This document shows positions 63,831 to 64,000 of a stretch of DNA of 64,000 bases, in pieces (position 1 is the first letter of the stretch; each line of letters opens with the position of its first letter). The DNA comes from Vicugna vicugna (lineage: Eukaryota): the NCBI GenBank assembly GCA_013265495.1, contig MU059829.1:4236409-4300408 (forward strand), given 5' to 3'. The notes under the pieces are model-generated. The model had not been told where the DNA came from. It was given only the letters and a program-made list of their open reading frames with translations, and did no database searches. A program made the translations under genes and the position numbers.

Positions 63831-64000
63831 GCCCTCAGCCTGGCCACCGGGGTGCAGGCCGTCAGAGGCTGCGGGACTGGGATCCGGCCGCACGGGCCCT
63901 GTCTCCACAAACACCAGATCAGACACTCCAGCTCCACCTCTTTCCTACCAATGGGTCTCGGCCCCTGCCCGGCTCCCTCGTGGTGGGAGGAAAGGCCAGA

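Noticed and set aside
1-64000. tRNA, rRNA, snoRNA or miRNA genes and CTCF sites
   Set aside because: No convincing structural RNA was seen by eye, and CTCF-like matches were only partial. A covariance-model or PWM scan is needed to exclude them.

Overview
Eutherian mammal genomic DNA, probably Laurasiatheria (inferred from the L1 3' end at about 22.1-22.5 kb and the absence of any recognisable young SINE). The window is GC- and CpG-rich, as in a subtelomeric intron or intergenic region. I could not recognise a known protein-coding gene, and most of the ORF track looks like chance open frames in GC-rich DNA. What can be supported: many decayed retroelements (L1MA/MB/MC/ME-type LINE-1, L2, MIR, MER34-like ERV1 LTRs, MLT1/MST and MLT2 LTRs), some nested; a GC-box CpG island at about 49.4-49.8 kb; a perfect 21-bp RE1/NRSE (REST) site at 60518-60538; three full CRE sites; and short tandem repeats. 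The most notable observations are (i) strong, patchy AT-to-GC drift inside old transposons, consistent with GC-biased gene conversion, (ii) two old solo LTRs 2.54 kb apart that share a 98%-identical core, suggesting ectopic gene conversion, (iii) a 5'-inverted (twin-primed) L1, and (iv) several low-confidence candidate exons. Repeat family names come from recalled consensus sequences, not a database search, and boundaries are approximate. I found no convincing novel biological system.
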